A stretch of DNA of 64,000 nt from Mobula hypostoma. Lineage: Eukaryota. How positions within the stretch are numbered: position 1 is the first letter of the stretch; the number at the start of each line of letters is the position of its first letter. Positions 22,923 to 34,920 of the stretch are shown in pieces. Where the stretch lies: contig NC_086109.1 in NCBI RefSeq assembly GCF_963921235.1, positions 16,246,001 through 16,310,000 of the forward strand, read 5' to 3'. Under the pieces are notes generated by a model. That model was not told where the DNA came from, did not search any database, and worked only from the letters and a program-made list of their open reading frames with translations. The translations under genes were made by a program, and so were the position numbers.

Positions 22923-24432
22923 AATAAAATAGCCAATGAAAAGTGAGTGCCAACTTTTATGAGTTCATGGGGTGGAAATGTATACAGTTTCTTTAGAAGT
23001 TTAACTGCTCCAACCAAACCAGCTGAAGTAAGCTTTGCTGATATCATGAAAGAGATGCAGGAACATTTAGGACCAAAAACATTGTTGATTGCAGATTGTT
23101 TTAGGTTTCATATGAGGAATCAAAAAGAAGGGGAGTCCTTTTCAGCTTGTGTGGCTGAATTGAAGAGATTGTCTGAGCATCGTCAGTTCAGTGCTGGGAT
23201 TACCGACGCACTAAGAGATTGTTTAGCTTGTGGAATCTTACAAGGAGACATTCAAAAACCATTCCTTACTGAACCATAACTTGCATTTAAAAGAGCAGTA
23301 GAAAATGAGTTTCAACAAAATTTCGGCATCTAAACGGAAACCAGCCTGGCCATACAAATTGTGTTACTGTTGTGGCAGGGGCTCGCACACACACCAGACC
23401 AATGCAGATTTGAAGGTGAAACTTGCAGAAAATGCAACAAAGTAGGATACATACAAAGAGCATGTCAGACAGACAAAAATAAATGGACTACACAGGGAAG
23501 AGAAAAAGATAAAAAGTCAAGTTGCAGTTTCAAAAAGGGCACTAATCTACGTGCTGTTGAAGACAAAGCTGATAATGATGAGAGTGCACAGCACTAGGTA
23601 GCCTTAAGATTTTATTGTGAAAACTAACAATAGACATGCAATAGGACTTGCACCAGAAGTGAACAGCAGTTACTTATTGTCATTTCCATCGCTGGCATTT
23701 AGGTCTGCAGTGGAAGTCCCCCATCTGTCTGTTCTTGGCCATCTTCTCCATTGAGCCCCAGGTGTGATTCAGAGTCCTCATTTCTGCCTCGACTGTATGT
23801 CATCAAGCTGTCTTTGATTTCCATCATTTCCTCTGCCTTCAGGAGTCCAAAGAAGTTTTCACTACTGTCAGGCATGCAAATCCCAGGTGGAGACTCAGGA
23901 ATAGCGTCGCACAAAGATATAGAAGGATTTTTCATTGTTGCTTCTGTAACAATTTTTATTTGATCAGTCAGGGTTGTTCGAGCACAAGGCCCTGACTCCA
24001 GCCAACAGAGCTCTCCAGATCATTGAGGCATACAAGCCTCCAAACCCGACGACAAGGTTGTGTTCCTCTTGGAGGAAGTGAAAGGCAAATTAATTAAAGT
24101 GGAATTGGACACTGGCTTGGCTGTTTCAGTCGTTCCACAAAGTGGGTTTGATTGGCATTTCAAAGATACTGAACTGAAGCCTGCAGATATCTAACTAAGA
24201 ACTTACATTGGAAAAAAATATAACTCCTGTGGGAATGACATTCACAGCAATAAAATACAACAACCAACAAACCACTTTGGGATTGTATGTAGTATAAACA
24301 GGAGGACCAGTGTTGCGGCTGAAACAACTGGAACTTGATTCAAGATCCATCCACCACTTGCATGCCACATCTCCTGCAATAGATTCCAATTGAAAATGAA
24401 TTAAGAAAGGTACTGGATGATACCACAGCTGT

Positions 24433-24600
24433 ACAAACACAAGAAAATCTGCAGATGCTGGAAATCCAAAGCAACACACAGAAAATGCTGGAGAAACTCA
24501 GCAGGGTCCTGAAGAAGGGTCTCGGCCTGAAACAGCGACTCTTTACTCTTTTCCATAGGTGCTGCCTGGCCTGCTGAGTTCCTCCATCATTTTGTGTGTG
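24433..24600. mobile_element. Fold-back Penelope terminal-repeat mini-element enclosing a hammerhead motif
   Basis: Arm 24474-24505 is the reverse complement of 24570-24600. Motif CTGAAGAAGGGTCTCGGCCTGAAAC lies between the arms. Flanking duplication GATACCACAGC / GATGCCACAGC. Confidence 0.75.
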
Positions 24601-27600
24601 ATGCCACAGCAGTGTTCAAGGAAGGCATTGGAAAATTCAAACATTTTACTCAAGGGTAAAATAGAAATAAATGAAATTGATGCATCCAATTCTTACAAAC
24701 CCATCCGGTTCCTTCTACCAACCCTGATGAAGTAGCCGGAGTGCGAGATTGCAAGAAGGCTGAAAGATTTCTTTTCAAGGTTGAGAGTGGAACCCATCAG
24801 CATTACTAGTAGTCCCAGTGACCAAGGAGAATGGGACTGTCAGGATCTGTACTGATTTTAAGGCTGCAATCACGCCAGAACTGAAAGTAGATCAATACCT
24901 CCTGCCTAGGATATTGGATATCTTCGCAAACGTTTCTGCAGGGAGACACTTCAGCAATGAAGACTTAGCTGAGGCCTACCTGTAGATGGAGATAGAAGAA
25001 GAGTCCAAAGTATTTCTCACTATAAACACTCACAAGGGTCTTTATCACTATATTAGGCTTATTTTTGGAGTAGTATCTGCACCTGCACTCTGGCTGGAAG
25101 CTAGGGACCAGGTACTGGAAGGTTGTCTGGGCACTCAGTGTTACCAGGATGACATCATTGTTACCAGAGAGGATCACAAGGAACAGCTCCAAAATCTCAA
25201 GACAGTGTTAAAAAAGATTAGAAGATTATGGACTCAAAGCTTGATGCAACAAGTGTGAATTCAAGCATCACTTACTGTGGTCACACCATTGACGCATAAG
25301 GTTTACAAAAGTGTGCTGAGAAAAATTCATGCAGTGGTGGATGTCCTTAGGCCAAAGGATGCATCACAGTTATGGTTCTTTTTTAGAATTTGTCAATGAC
25401 CCTAGCAGGGTCCTGCTAAACCTGGCCACTGCTTCACCCCTTGAACTCATTACTACAGATTGGGAAGAAATGACAACAGACAAAGCAGTAGGAGGTGGCT
25501 TTCCAAAAGGCAAATGAAATGGTGATGTCAGATACTATGAGTGATAGATGTGAAATCCCTATAGCCTGTGCATTATGTTCCCCGACTACTGCAGATTGGC
25601 AGAGGGGCCTTGAGTCGGGCTTGGCGTGTAAAACATTTCAACCAGTACGTGTATGGGACAGAGTTTACCCTCATTACTGATCGTCAATCACTAGTGTCCA
25701 TTTTCAATCCACAGAAGCCTGCTCCACTAACAGCAGCAGCACAAATGCAGAGATGGGCCCTGTTTCTTGGGGGACACAATTAAAAGGTAGAATTCCAAAG
25801 GATGAATAATCATGGCAATGCTGATGGATCATCCTGTTTACTCTTGGAAAATTAAATAGCTGAAAAATTTGCAAAAGAGTACACTCCTCTTGATGTGTTC
25901 CCCATAATGCAAATTGAAAGTCTCCCTATTATGACAGAGATGATCCAAGGGAAACCAGAAGAGTCCCCACTCTGTCTCAGTTCTATATGGCCACCCAAAA
26001 TGGCTGGAATATGCAGCGGAAATCCCATTTCCCCATTTTTACCAGCCTGGGATGAGCATGCCCTTGTTGGGGTTTGCCTTGTGTGGGGGTTGAGAGCTGT
26101 TGTACCATTCAAGCTGAGAGCTAAAGTGTTGGAGCAGCTGCGTGTTGGTCATTCAGGCATAGTTACAATTAAAGAGCTGGCTCGAAGCTTTGTCCGGTGG
26201 CCTTGGATAGCTCAGCAGATCGGGCAGCTTACCACGCACTGTTCAGGATGCCAGCACATCAAGAAGGAAGGTATCCGGAGTTGTCGGATCCTCTCCCTGC
26301 AGTCCCAGAGTTGACTCCTATAACCACCTTGGAGGAGGCCCCCGAACCTGAGATTGTTTCACAACCAAAAGTCTCACCTGCCAAGCACCTTGTAACAAAA
26401 TATGTTATCCCACAAGAGTAGGAAAGACTCCGCAGTGATTAAATCTTTAGGCCTGAATGGGACAATTTAAAATTGACTATGCTGTGGATGTTTGTATATA
26501 GGAGTTGTATGATATAGTATATTACATATATAGTTGAGATGCATTCTAAATTGAGTTGGAGGTTATTGTTAAGCAGGGAGGAGTGTTGTGTAATTAATAT
26601 TTCAGTAATATTTGAGTAATATTGTAAATATTTTATTTGATTAAGCATTCTTTGTTTATATAATTCATTAAGGGTTATATGTAAATGTACATGATTGACA
26701 TACATCATTACGTCACCACGTCATATGTGCGCGCCTCGCTTAAAGTAAAAACGAAGCTTCCATGCATCTCATGGCCTCCCTTGTTTTTATTTCAATTAGT
26801 TTTATGTTTTGCAGTTACAAAACATAACAGTGGGGTCCTTAAAGATGGATGATGCCTTTCTGGGACATTGCCTCTTGTGGACGTCCTCGAATGTGGGGAG
26901 AGGTGGAGCTGGCAGAGTCCACCGCTCTCCGTAGCCTCTCGCATTCCTGCTTTCGGAATTTTCCTTAGCCATTCCGCACAGGAAATGGAAGCAGTTGACT
27001 GGGCATTTGGCTTCAGACCTACCATAGTCCAAGAGATGGGCTTAGCGCCCAGTTGGCTAGTCCAGATGAAAGACTGTCGTTTTCCCCTAGAGATGCTGCC
27101 TGACCCATTCAGCTCCTCCACTAATTGACTTTTGCTCCCAGCTTCCGCAGCGATTTGAGTCTCCATTCACTTTATTTTAGAGATACAGCACGGTTACAGG
27201 CCCCTTCCGGCTAAAAGAATCTACATCACCCAATCACACCCATGTAACCAATTAACCTACCAACATGTACACCTTTGGAACATGAGGTGAAGCTTCATGG
27301 ACATGAACAAAGCATACAAACTTCCTACTGATGACACAGGAACTCTGAATTCCAATGCCTCGAGCTGTAAAAGTGTCACACCAGCTGCTACACTACTGTT
27401 GCATCCTTGAACCGTGTTGGTCATTGAGCAAACGACACATTTCACATCTGTTCCGATGTTTTCAAAGTACCTGGGACAAGTAAGGCCAAGCTTTCTTCCT
27501 TCCAGTGGATTTGGAGGAACATCGCTGGTGGTACAATGAGTTCTGATGCCACCCCAGGCACTTTCAAGGATACCGCACATGTAATGGGGACATTTCCTAA

Positions 27601-27618
27601 TGATAAGCCCTCAACCGA

Positions 27619-29207
27619 GAGAAACTGATCCTGCGACGGATATACCGGCAAGAACCACCAATCAAACGGCTGAGGCTGACCTCTGACCGCTGATCAATAA
27701 GAAATCCAGGTTGACCCCTGAATTAGATCCATGTCCTAATCTGATCCCCAGGCTCAGCCAATGACTGATACAGGAGATACCTTATAAAGTGACCACTGAG
27801 TGAATGTTCATAGTCCTCTGTAGCTGTAGCCCATCCACTTCAATGTCCGATGTGTTGTGTGTTCAGAGATGCTCCTCTGCACACCACCATTGTGGTGGTG
27901 GGCACCCGTCCGTCTCAAAGGACAATGGGTGATGATCATTGTCATCACAAGGCTGGGTGGAAGGTATGGAGATCCTGAGATGTCCAGTCGTCAAGATTCC
28001 CTTCTCAGCCTCGCCAGTGAAAGCTTATGAAGCAATATGTTTTGGCACCAGCTTGGTTGCAGGAGCTGTCGGAAGGATGTTCAATGACGTCCAGCCGCCT
28101 TAGGGGCTTCACTCCGGGTTTGCTGTCTGGGTTTACTCCCATTGCCTTTGCCTCTCCCGAGGCTGCCCACAAGGCAGTGGGGCTATTTACCCATAGCTGG
28201 GGATCTGGTTCATGAGCACCAGGGTGTGTCCACATGCCGGTGGTCCTGTGTGCTACGTGTGCAGGGGGCAGACCTCCTCCCCGTCCTCTGTAGTTCAGCC
28301 TGAGTCCGAGGAGGCACTACATGAGGCTTGCTGTTGGAGAGGCTGTGTACTGGCAGGGAGAGACTTACACATTCGGCTCTCTTGTTCGTGAGACTGCTAG
28401 GCGGCGGTGGAAGCTGAAAGTGAGAGAAGCTAGCAACATCCACAACCACGCTCTTCACGTCACAACAACCGTTTTGACACTGCTGTAAAACACAATGGAT
28501 ATTCATCTTCCTGTCAGCTTGAACCAGTCTGGCCTCTCTCATTGACAAAGTATTTTTGCTTACAGAACTGCCACTCACTTGATTTTTTTTTTGCTTTTCA
28601 CCTCATTCTCTGTAAACTCCAAAGTCTGTTGTGCATGAATGTCTCAGGAGATCTGCAATTTCTGAGATACTCAAGCCACCCTGTCTGGCACCAACAATCA
28701 TACCACAGTCAATGTCACTTAGATCACAATTCTTCTCCATTCTGATGATTGGTCTGAACAACAACTGAACCTCTTGACCACGTCTAAATACTTTTGTGCA
28801 TTGAATTGCTGCTACATGATTGGCTGATTAGATATTTGCATTAACTAGTAGGTGTGCAGGTGTACCTCATAAAGTGGCCACTGAGGGTACAGTGGGACTA
28901 TAATGAGAAGGAGTAGTGATTCAAACTCTCTTCCTGTATTTACACGTTGACTGAAAAAGAAGGTTAACACTCCATTTTTATTGGTAGTGACCAATCTTAG
29001 TTGTGAAGTCAGTCTCAGTCATTGGCTGAGCCTGGGGATCAGACTAGGCCATTGATCTAATTCAGGGGCCAACCTGGATTTGTTATTGAATCAGCCAGTT
29101 GTAAAGTCAATATTAGAGAATATTACCAGTTCAGAGGTCGGTCTCAGCCATTTGTTTAGCTCAAAGAGCTGCTCTTGCCAGTTTATCAATAACAGGGCCA
29201 ATTTCTC
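27619..29207. repeat. Long inverted-repeat pair separated by later insertions
   Basis: 27619-27771 versus the reverse complement of 29012-29207, sharing e.g. TCTGATCCCCAGGCTCAGCCAATGACTGA. Confidence 0.85.
27769..28889 (-). mobile_element. Non-autonomous Tc1 derivative with a nested retroposon (~27895-28470)
   Basis: Reverse complement of the 17383/19448 element. TIR-like ATAAAGTGGCCACTGAGGGTA at 28869-28889. Confidence 0.85.
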
Positions 29208-29755
29208 CCACAAACACGAGGAAATCTGCAGATGTTGAAAATCCACAGCAACACACACAAAATGATGGAAGGACTTAGTAGGCCAGGCAGCATCTATGGA
29301 AAAGAGTAAACAGTCGACGTTTTAGGCCGAGACCCTTCTTTGGGACTTCTCTCATTTGGGGGTTACAGTGTCCTTGGTTTGTGTTTGGGAGCTGGCATCA
29401 GGTACCCCATGAGTGTATGTAAGAATAGAGTAAACAAGCAGCTAGAACAACAAAAAACTAATTAATTCTGTGAAACCGTAATCTGAAATTTGCCGTGCGG
29501 CCTGTGGTGACCAGAGTTGATTGATTGTGGCCACTAAGGTACAAAGGGTCAGTCACATATTTTGGATCCTTGATTAGTTATGTAAATATTGTGGGAACAC
29601 GGTGTTATGATTGCATTTTATGAGTATTAGTCCTGTAACCCTACCAAACACAAAGCAGATCACAGATGACTGGCTGGAATTGAGATTTAGTTTTCATTGG
29701 TTTCCTGGCGCGCTTCCGCCACCCTGTGGAGACCAGATGAATTGTCACTGCCAAA

Positions 29756-29785
29756 TGCCACCTGCTGGCCCAAAATATATATGCA
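29756..29785 (-). promoter_or_regulatory. CTCF-like binding site
   Basis: Minus-strand CCAGCAGGTGGCA matches CCASYAGRKGGCR fully, with TGCA at upstream-module spacing. A weaker co-oriented site lies at 29717-29729. Confidence 0.55.
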
Positions 29786-30271
29786 CCTTGCCAACATGTT
29801 GGCCAGGAGTCTGCTGACAATATGCTGGCAACCTTAATGATGATCACTGTAAATTAAATGTATTCAATTATCCTTTAATTTGTGGTTTCATAAAGTAGCC
29901 AAATATGTTAATTAATTGCCAAATACAGCTCGCTATATATCGGTGATAATCATTAATAAAAGTTTTCATGATCAAATTTCTCATTTTTAGCAGAATAAAA
30001 CCAAGTCTTACATTTGCACCAGTCTTTGACAGCTATGTTAGAAACAGAATTACAATTCATGTGTAATACATGAAACTGAAGACACTATGAAATTACTTGT
30101 TAAAAATATGCACTGTGCGGACACCAGCTGTTAGCATCAGCATTCAAGTGCTGTGTAACAGACTGGGACCAGCCACCGTCTCCCCAATCTGTAATACCCA
30201 TAAAGGCCACGACACACCGCATTGTAAGTTCTCAGTAAAATCAATGTCTGACCTGTTGCGGATATACTCAC

Positions 30272-30300
30272 CCTCCCTGATTCATATTTAAAGATCAAAT
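30272..30300 (-). other. Candidate 29-nt micro-exon of an unidentified host gene
   Basis: TACTAAC branch point (plus strand 30319-30325), acceptor ctgcacag, exon ATTTGATCTTTAAATATGAATCAGGGAGG, donor GTGAGT. Lies in repeat-free DNA. Confidence 0.45.
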
Positions 30301-30754
30301 CTGTGCAGATAGTAATATGTTAGTAAAGATCTTTATTTCTTATGTTCATCTTTTTGAAAGATTTAATTCAAGTTTTCTGCCTTAATCCAATCATTTCTTC
30401 ACTTACGAAAAAAACCACAAGGCCACTCATCTCAATGTGTCAGACCTGACTGACCAAACAGCCTGAGTACCACTGGCTTTTCACAAGGGTAAGGACTTCC
30501 TCCACAAGATTGTTGGAGGTGTTACCCGAGATTGCTGGTTGGTGGGATGAAGAACAGAGGCTACTGAGTCAAGGAAATGTTGGTGATCAGGATATTTATG
30601 ATTTGGGGGAAGGCTGGCGAGCCTGGAAGGGAGAAAAGTCATTGAGTTAAGGCAAGTCAGTCTGTTGGTAGGACTTCAGAATCTGCTGTCTGTACTTGGA
30701 GGTTAGGTTATGAAATAGTGGTCTGGAGATAAGATGCAGATAACATTTTAATTC

Positions 30755-31267
30755 CAATTCCCATTCCGATATGTCGGTCCATAGCCTCCTCTTGTGCCAA
30801 GATGAGGCCACCCTCAGAGTTGAGGAGCAACACCTTTATTCCATCTGGGTAACCTCCAACCTGATAGCATGAATATCAATTTCTCCTTCCCCTCCCCGCT
30901 TCCTCTACTCCCCACTCTGACCTTTTACCTCTTCTCACCTGTCTATCACTTCCCCCTGGGTCCCCTCCTCCTTCCCCTTCTCCCATGGTCCACTCTCCTC
31001 TCCTATCAGATTCCTTCTTCTCCAGCCCTTGACCTTTCCCGCCCACCTGGCTTCAGCTATCACCTTCCAGCTATCCTCCTGCCCCCCCCCAACCCCGACC
31101 ATTTTTATTCTGGCATCTTTCCCCCTTCTTTCTCAGTCCTGAAGAAGATTCTCAGCCCAAAATGTTAACTATTTATTCATTTCCATAGATGCTGCCTGAC
31201 CTGCTGAGTTGCTCCAGCATTTTGTGTGTGTTGCTTTGGATTGCCAGCATCTGCAAACTTTCTCATG
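30755..31267 (+). mobile_element. Penelope 3' fragment
   Basis: Endonuclease tail (DEATLRVEEQHL..MNINFS), UTR and a decayed hammerhead motif at about 31135-31170. Confidence 0.8.
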
Positions 31268-32052
31268 TATAATAGACTTAGAGTAATAGTTATCCAGCAT
31301 GGCCATTAGATAACAAATATTATTACTTATTAAAACTACCAGGAAGAAGAAAGCTATAATACTTTCACTTGTTATCACAAACTTTACCCTCATACCACCT
31401 CCCCCTCTCTATCTCTCTCTGAGAATTACTCTTCCAAGCATTTGCCCTGAGATCGGAAGCTGAGGTTCTAGCTCCACACTCCTTCTACACATTGAAGGGC
31501 TTATTGTCCTTTGGCCCAACTCATCTGAGCAGGCAAAAGTATTTATCTGAGCTAATCCCATTTGCCTGCATTTGGCCCAGATCCCTCAAAACTTTTCCCA
31601 CCCTTGTTGATGCACCTTTTAAACATTGGAATTGTACCCGTCTCTACCATCTCCTCTGGTACCCTCTTCCATATAACAACCACCCAAGTTGCTTCTCGTG
31701 TACATTTTTGAATTCTTCCTCTCTCACCTTAAGTCTATGCCCTCTAGTTTTAGACTTCCCTAGCCTAGAAAAAAAGGCAGGTAACCATCCACCTGAATTA
31801 CACACCTCGTGATTTTATCTACCTCGATATGGTCACTCCTCATCCTCCTGTCTTCCAGGGAAAAGGGTCAAAGGCTATCCATCCTCTCCTTATAACCCAA
31901 GCAGTCCAGTCTTGGTAACATCACTATGATTCTTTACTGAACCCTATCCAGAACTGTACATAATTCTCCAAGGGCGACCTCACCAACTGCTTGTATGTTT
32001 GTAATTTGACATCTCAGCTCTTGTACTCAATGTACTGATTGACAAAGACTGC

Positions 32053-32496
32053 TGTAACATGAACAGAGTCACTGGAGAGACACTGAATCTAGAGGATGTG
32101 GAAGTGTTTCTTTACCAAAAACGCAAGGCACTCCCGGGAGAAGAGGCCTGCCTGTTGCAAGGACGTGGCTGGGAACGAACCCAAGTGCAGGACACAGGCG
32201 CTGAGGCAGAGTCATGAGGCATTAGCACCACTACGAACGGGGAACCGGTATCCAGGAGAGTCTTTACACAGAGACAAGGGTCACATAGAGTATCCAGGAA
32301 ACGATGCAGAACTTAGAACTAACAGGTTCTCAGGAATCAGGTTTACTCACACTAGAGTTGATCACAGGGTCTTTATCCTGCATTTCCTGATGGAAAGCAG
32401 ATGTGTGTAGTTAGTGGAACCTGGGAGTGATTGGAAATTCAACGAGGGGATTGAGGTAACTAGCAAGGTGGGGGATTGCCAGAAGGGACCATGACA
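32053..32496 (-). mobile_element. Solo LTR
   Basis: TGTAAC...ATGACA termini with 4-bp TSD CTGC on both sides. Strand inferred from similarity of layout to the other LTRs. Confidence 0.7.
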
Positions 32497-34023
32497 CTGC
32501 CTGACCCAATATTAAATGACATTTTTTATCTGCTAAAGATCAAAGGTAACAGGAGGGCAATTCTATAGTTACAATGTATCTACAATGCTTCCTTTTAACT
32601 GCATAGAGTTTTTGACACCTTCTTCGCACCCACACTCCAGACACCCAAAACAAATGTTAATCTCCGCTGAGTCTGGGCTGCATTCATGCATATGCAGACA
32701 TCTCAGGTCCAAATGGAGTGACCCCAATCTGCAGTTCCAGGAAGCCGATTGTTCTAAACTGCAAATTAAATTCAATCTGCAACCTACATTCAAATCTGAA
32801 GGATGGCTGCTGTTGAAATTTAAATTTGCTATATACCCTAACTCCAGAATGCACCCTAACAAAGGCGAGCATACAAATCACCTTCTTCACAATTCTGTCT
32901 ATTTGGGTCACCACTTTCAGGGAACTATTTATCTGTAGGCTAAAGTCCTCTGGTTCTACAACACTATCCAGGGCCCTTTCATTCACTGTGTAAATCCTGC
33001 CCTGGTTTAACTTACCAAAGTGCAATGCTTCACACTTATGAGAGGTAATTCCATCTGTCATTCCTTGTTTCAACACGACATCCCAACTCTTATATTCTTT
33101 GCCTTGACTTTCAGACGTTGAGGTCAGGGGTGTGTAACATGGGAAAGTCAGTGGATGATGGAGGTGTGATGTAGTTTGCAAGGGACGTAGCTCTGAATCC
33201 TTGGGAGATGATTCGGGGAAGACATCCGGGATATTTTTTAAAATCTGTTAGCGCCCAGTACCCTGCGTAACCTGCAGACTTTGAAACTAACATCAAAGTT
33301 CTAATATCAAAGTAAATTTATTATCAAAGTACATATATGTCACCATATACAATCCTGGGATTCGTTTTCTTGTGGGAATTCACAGTAGAATTAAAATAGA
33401 ATCAATGAAAAACTACACACAAAGACTGACAAACAACTGACATGCAAAGGAATACAAACTGTGCAAATACAAAATAATAATAATAATAATAATAAAAATA
33501 AACAAATAAGTAATTTGAGGTGGCACGGTAGTGCAGTGGTTAGCACAACACTTTACAGTGCAGGCAACCAAGGTTCAATTCCCACTGCTGCCTGTAAGGA
33601 GTTTGTATGTTCTCCCTGTGACTGTGTGGGTTTCCTCTGGGTGCTCTGGTTTCCTCCCTCAGTGTAGAGATGTACCAGTTGGTAGGTTAATTGGTCATTG
33701 TAAATTGTCCTGTGATTAGGCTGGGGTTAAACCGGGGGATGCTGGACAGCGTGGTTGGAGGGACCAGACGAGCCTATTCCGCACTGTATCTCAATAAATA
33801 AATAATACTGAGAGCATGAGTTGTAGAGTCCTTGAAAGTCAGTTCAGTGTTGAGCTGAATGAAGTTACCACGCTGGTTCAGGAGCTCGATGTTTGAAGGG
33901 TGATGACTGTTCCCCAACCCAGTGGTGTGAGACCCAAGGCTCCTGTGCCTCCTTCCTGATGGCAGCAGCGAGCCAGATATCCCAGCAATGCTCCAAGTGA
34001 GTTCAGTATGGCAATATCCTAAC

Positions 34024-34104
34024 CTGTGCGCTTCCCATGGGAAACACAGCATCTCTGCAAGCTCGATTCACAACAAGTCGAACGTCTGTAGCAGTTTGAT
34101 TCTC
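34024..34104 (-). CDS. Candidate 81-nt internal exon of an unidentified host gene
   Basis: Acceptor gttttccag, donor CAG|gttagg, length divisible by 3. The phase-0 frame reads ENQTATDVRLVVNRACRDAVFPMGSAQ. Retains CpGs and is not repeat-like. Protein not recognised. Confidence 0.45.
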
Positions 34105-34556
34105 CTGGAAAACATCATATTCACATTCACAATCAAGATAAAAAGTCCGTTTTCATACATCTGGATCCAAGCAAGGCTGTTCTAAGCAATTGAACCTCCC
34201 GGCACTTGCTGTTGAACCTCTGTTAAACTTGTTCTATTTCTTCATTCATCTTTCATTTTGTCTGACAAAATACATTACTCACAATTCTCTGTGATAAATT
34301 TCATGAATTTGCCACTTTACTAGTCCATCTTCTCTCCTGAGGGTTGTTACTATCTCTCTTGACGCTGACTAGAATATCTTGGTTCCTGTCTTCTGAACTC
34401 TCTGAAATTACATTTCAAAAGGTATAATGTCCATTTAAAAGCTCCCTAGGGGATATCCAATACGCTTCCACCAATTTGTTGAATGACCATTTACCATTGC
34501 TCATGACAGATTGACCTCATAACCAATGTTGTACATCACTTTTCCTTCTGTCATTC

Positions 34557-34920
34557 ATCATTACTACGTGTCGTGTCATATGGCGTGGGTGGTCGTGGTC
34601 TTCCGTGACCATGATTGTCCTTGACAAATTTTTCTCCAGAAGAGGGTTGCCATTGCCTTCTTCTGGGTGGTGTCCTTACAAGACGGGTGACCCCAGCCAT
34701 TGTCAACACTCTTCAGAAATTGTCTTCCTGGCATCAGTGGTCGCATAACCAGGACTTGTGATATGCACCAGCTGCTCATATGACCGTCCACCACCTGCTC
34801 CCAGGGCTTCACGGGACACTGAGAAAGTGCTGCACGTTGCCTGAGTGTGACCAGCAGGCTAGCGGAGGGAAAGAGTACTCTACACCTCCTTCAGTAGAGA
34901 TGTATCTCCACCCCACCACC
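34557..34920 (-). mobile_element. SINE-like repeat with RTE/BovB-type tail (second copy ~36335-36665)
   Basis: Two similar copies in the window. The motif GGTTGCCATTGCCTTCTTCTGG resembles RTE-BovB 3' ends. Confidence 0.6.

Larger units (their letters stand above)
21633..26829 (+). mobile_element. Decayed full-length Gypsy LTR retrotransposon (Mag/K02A2.6-like) with nested insertions
   Basis: AT-rich LTRs at 21633-21878 and 26584-26829. 5-bp TSD GTGGG. PBS TGGTGAC. PPT AAGCAGGGAGGAG. gag with CCHC remnants, protease LDTG at about 24105, RT YQDDII, RNase H FTLITD and integrase zinc finger. Confidence 0.93.
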
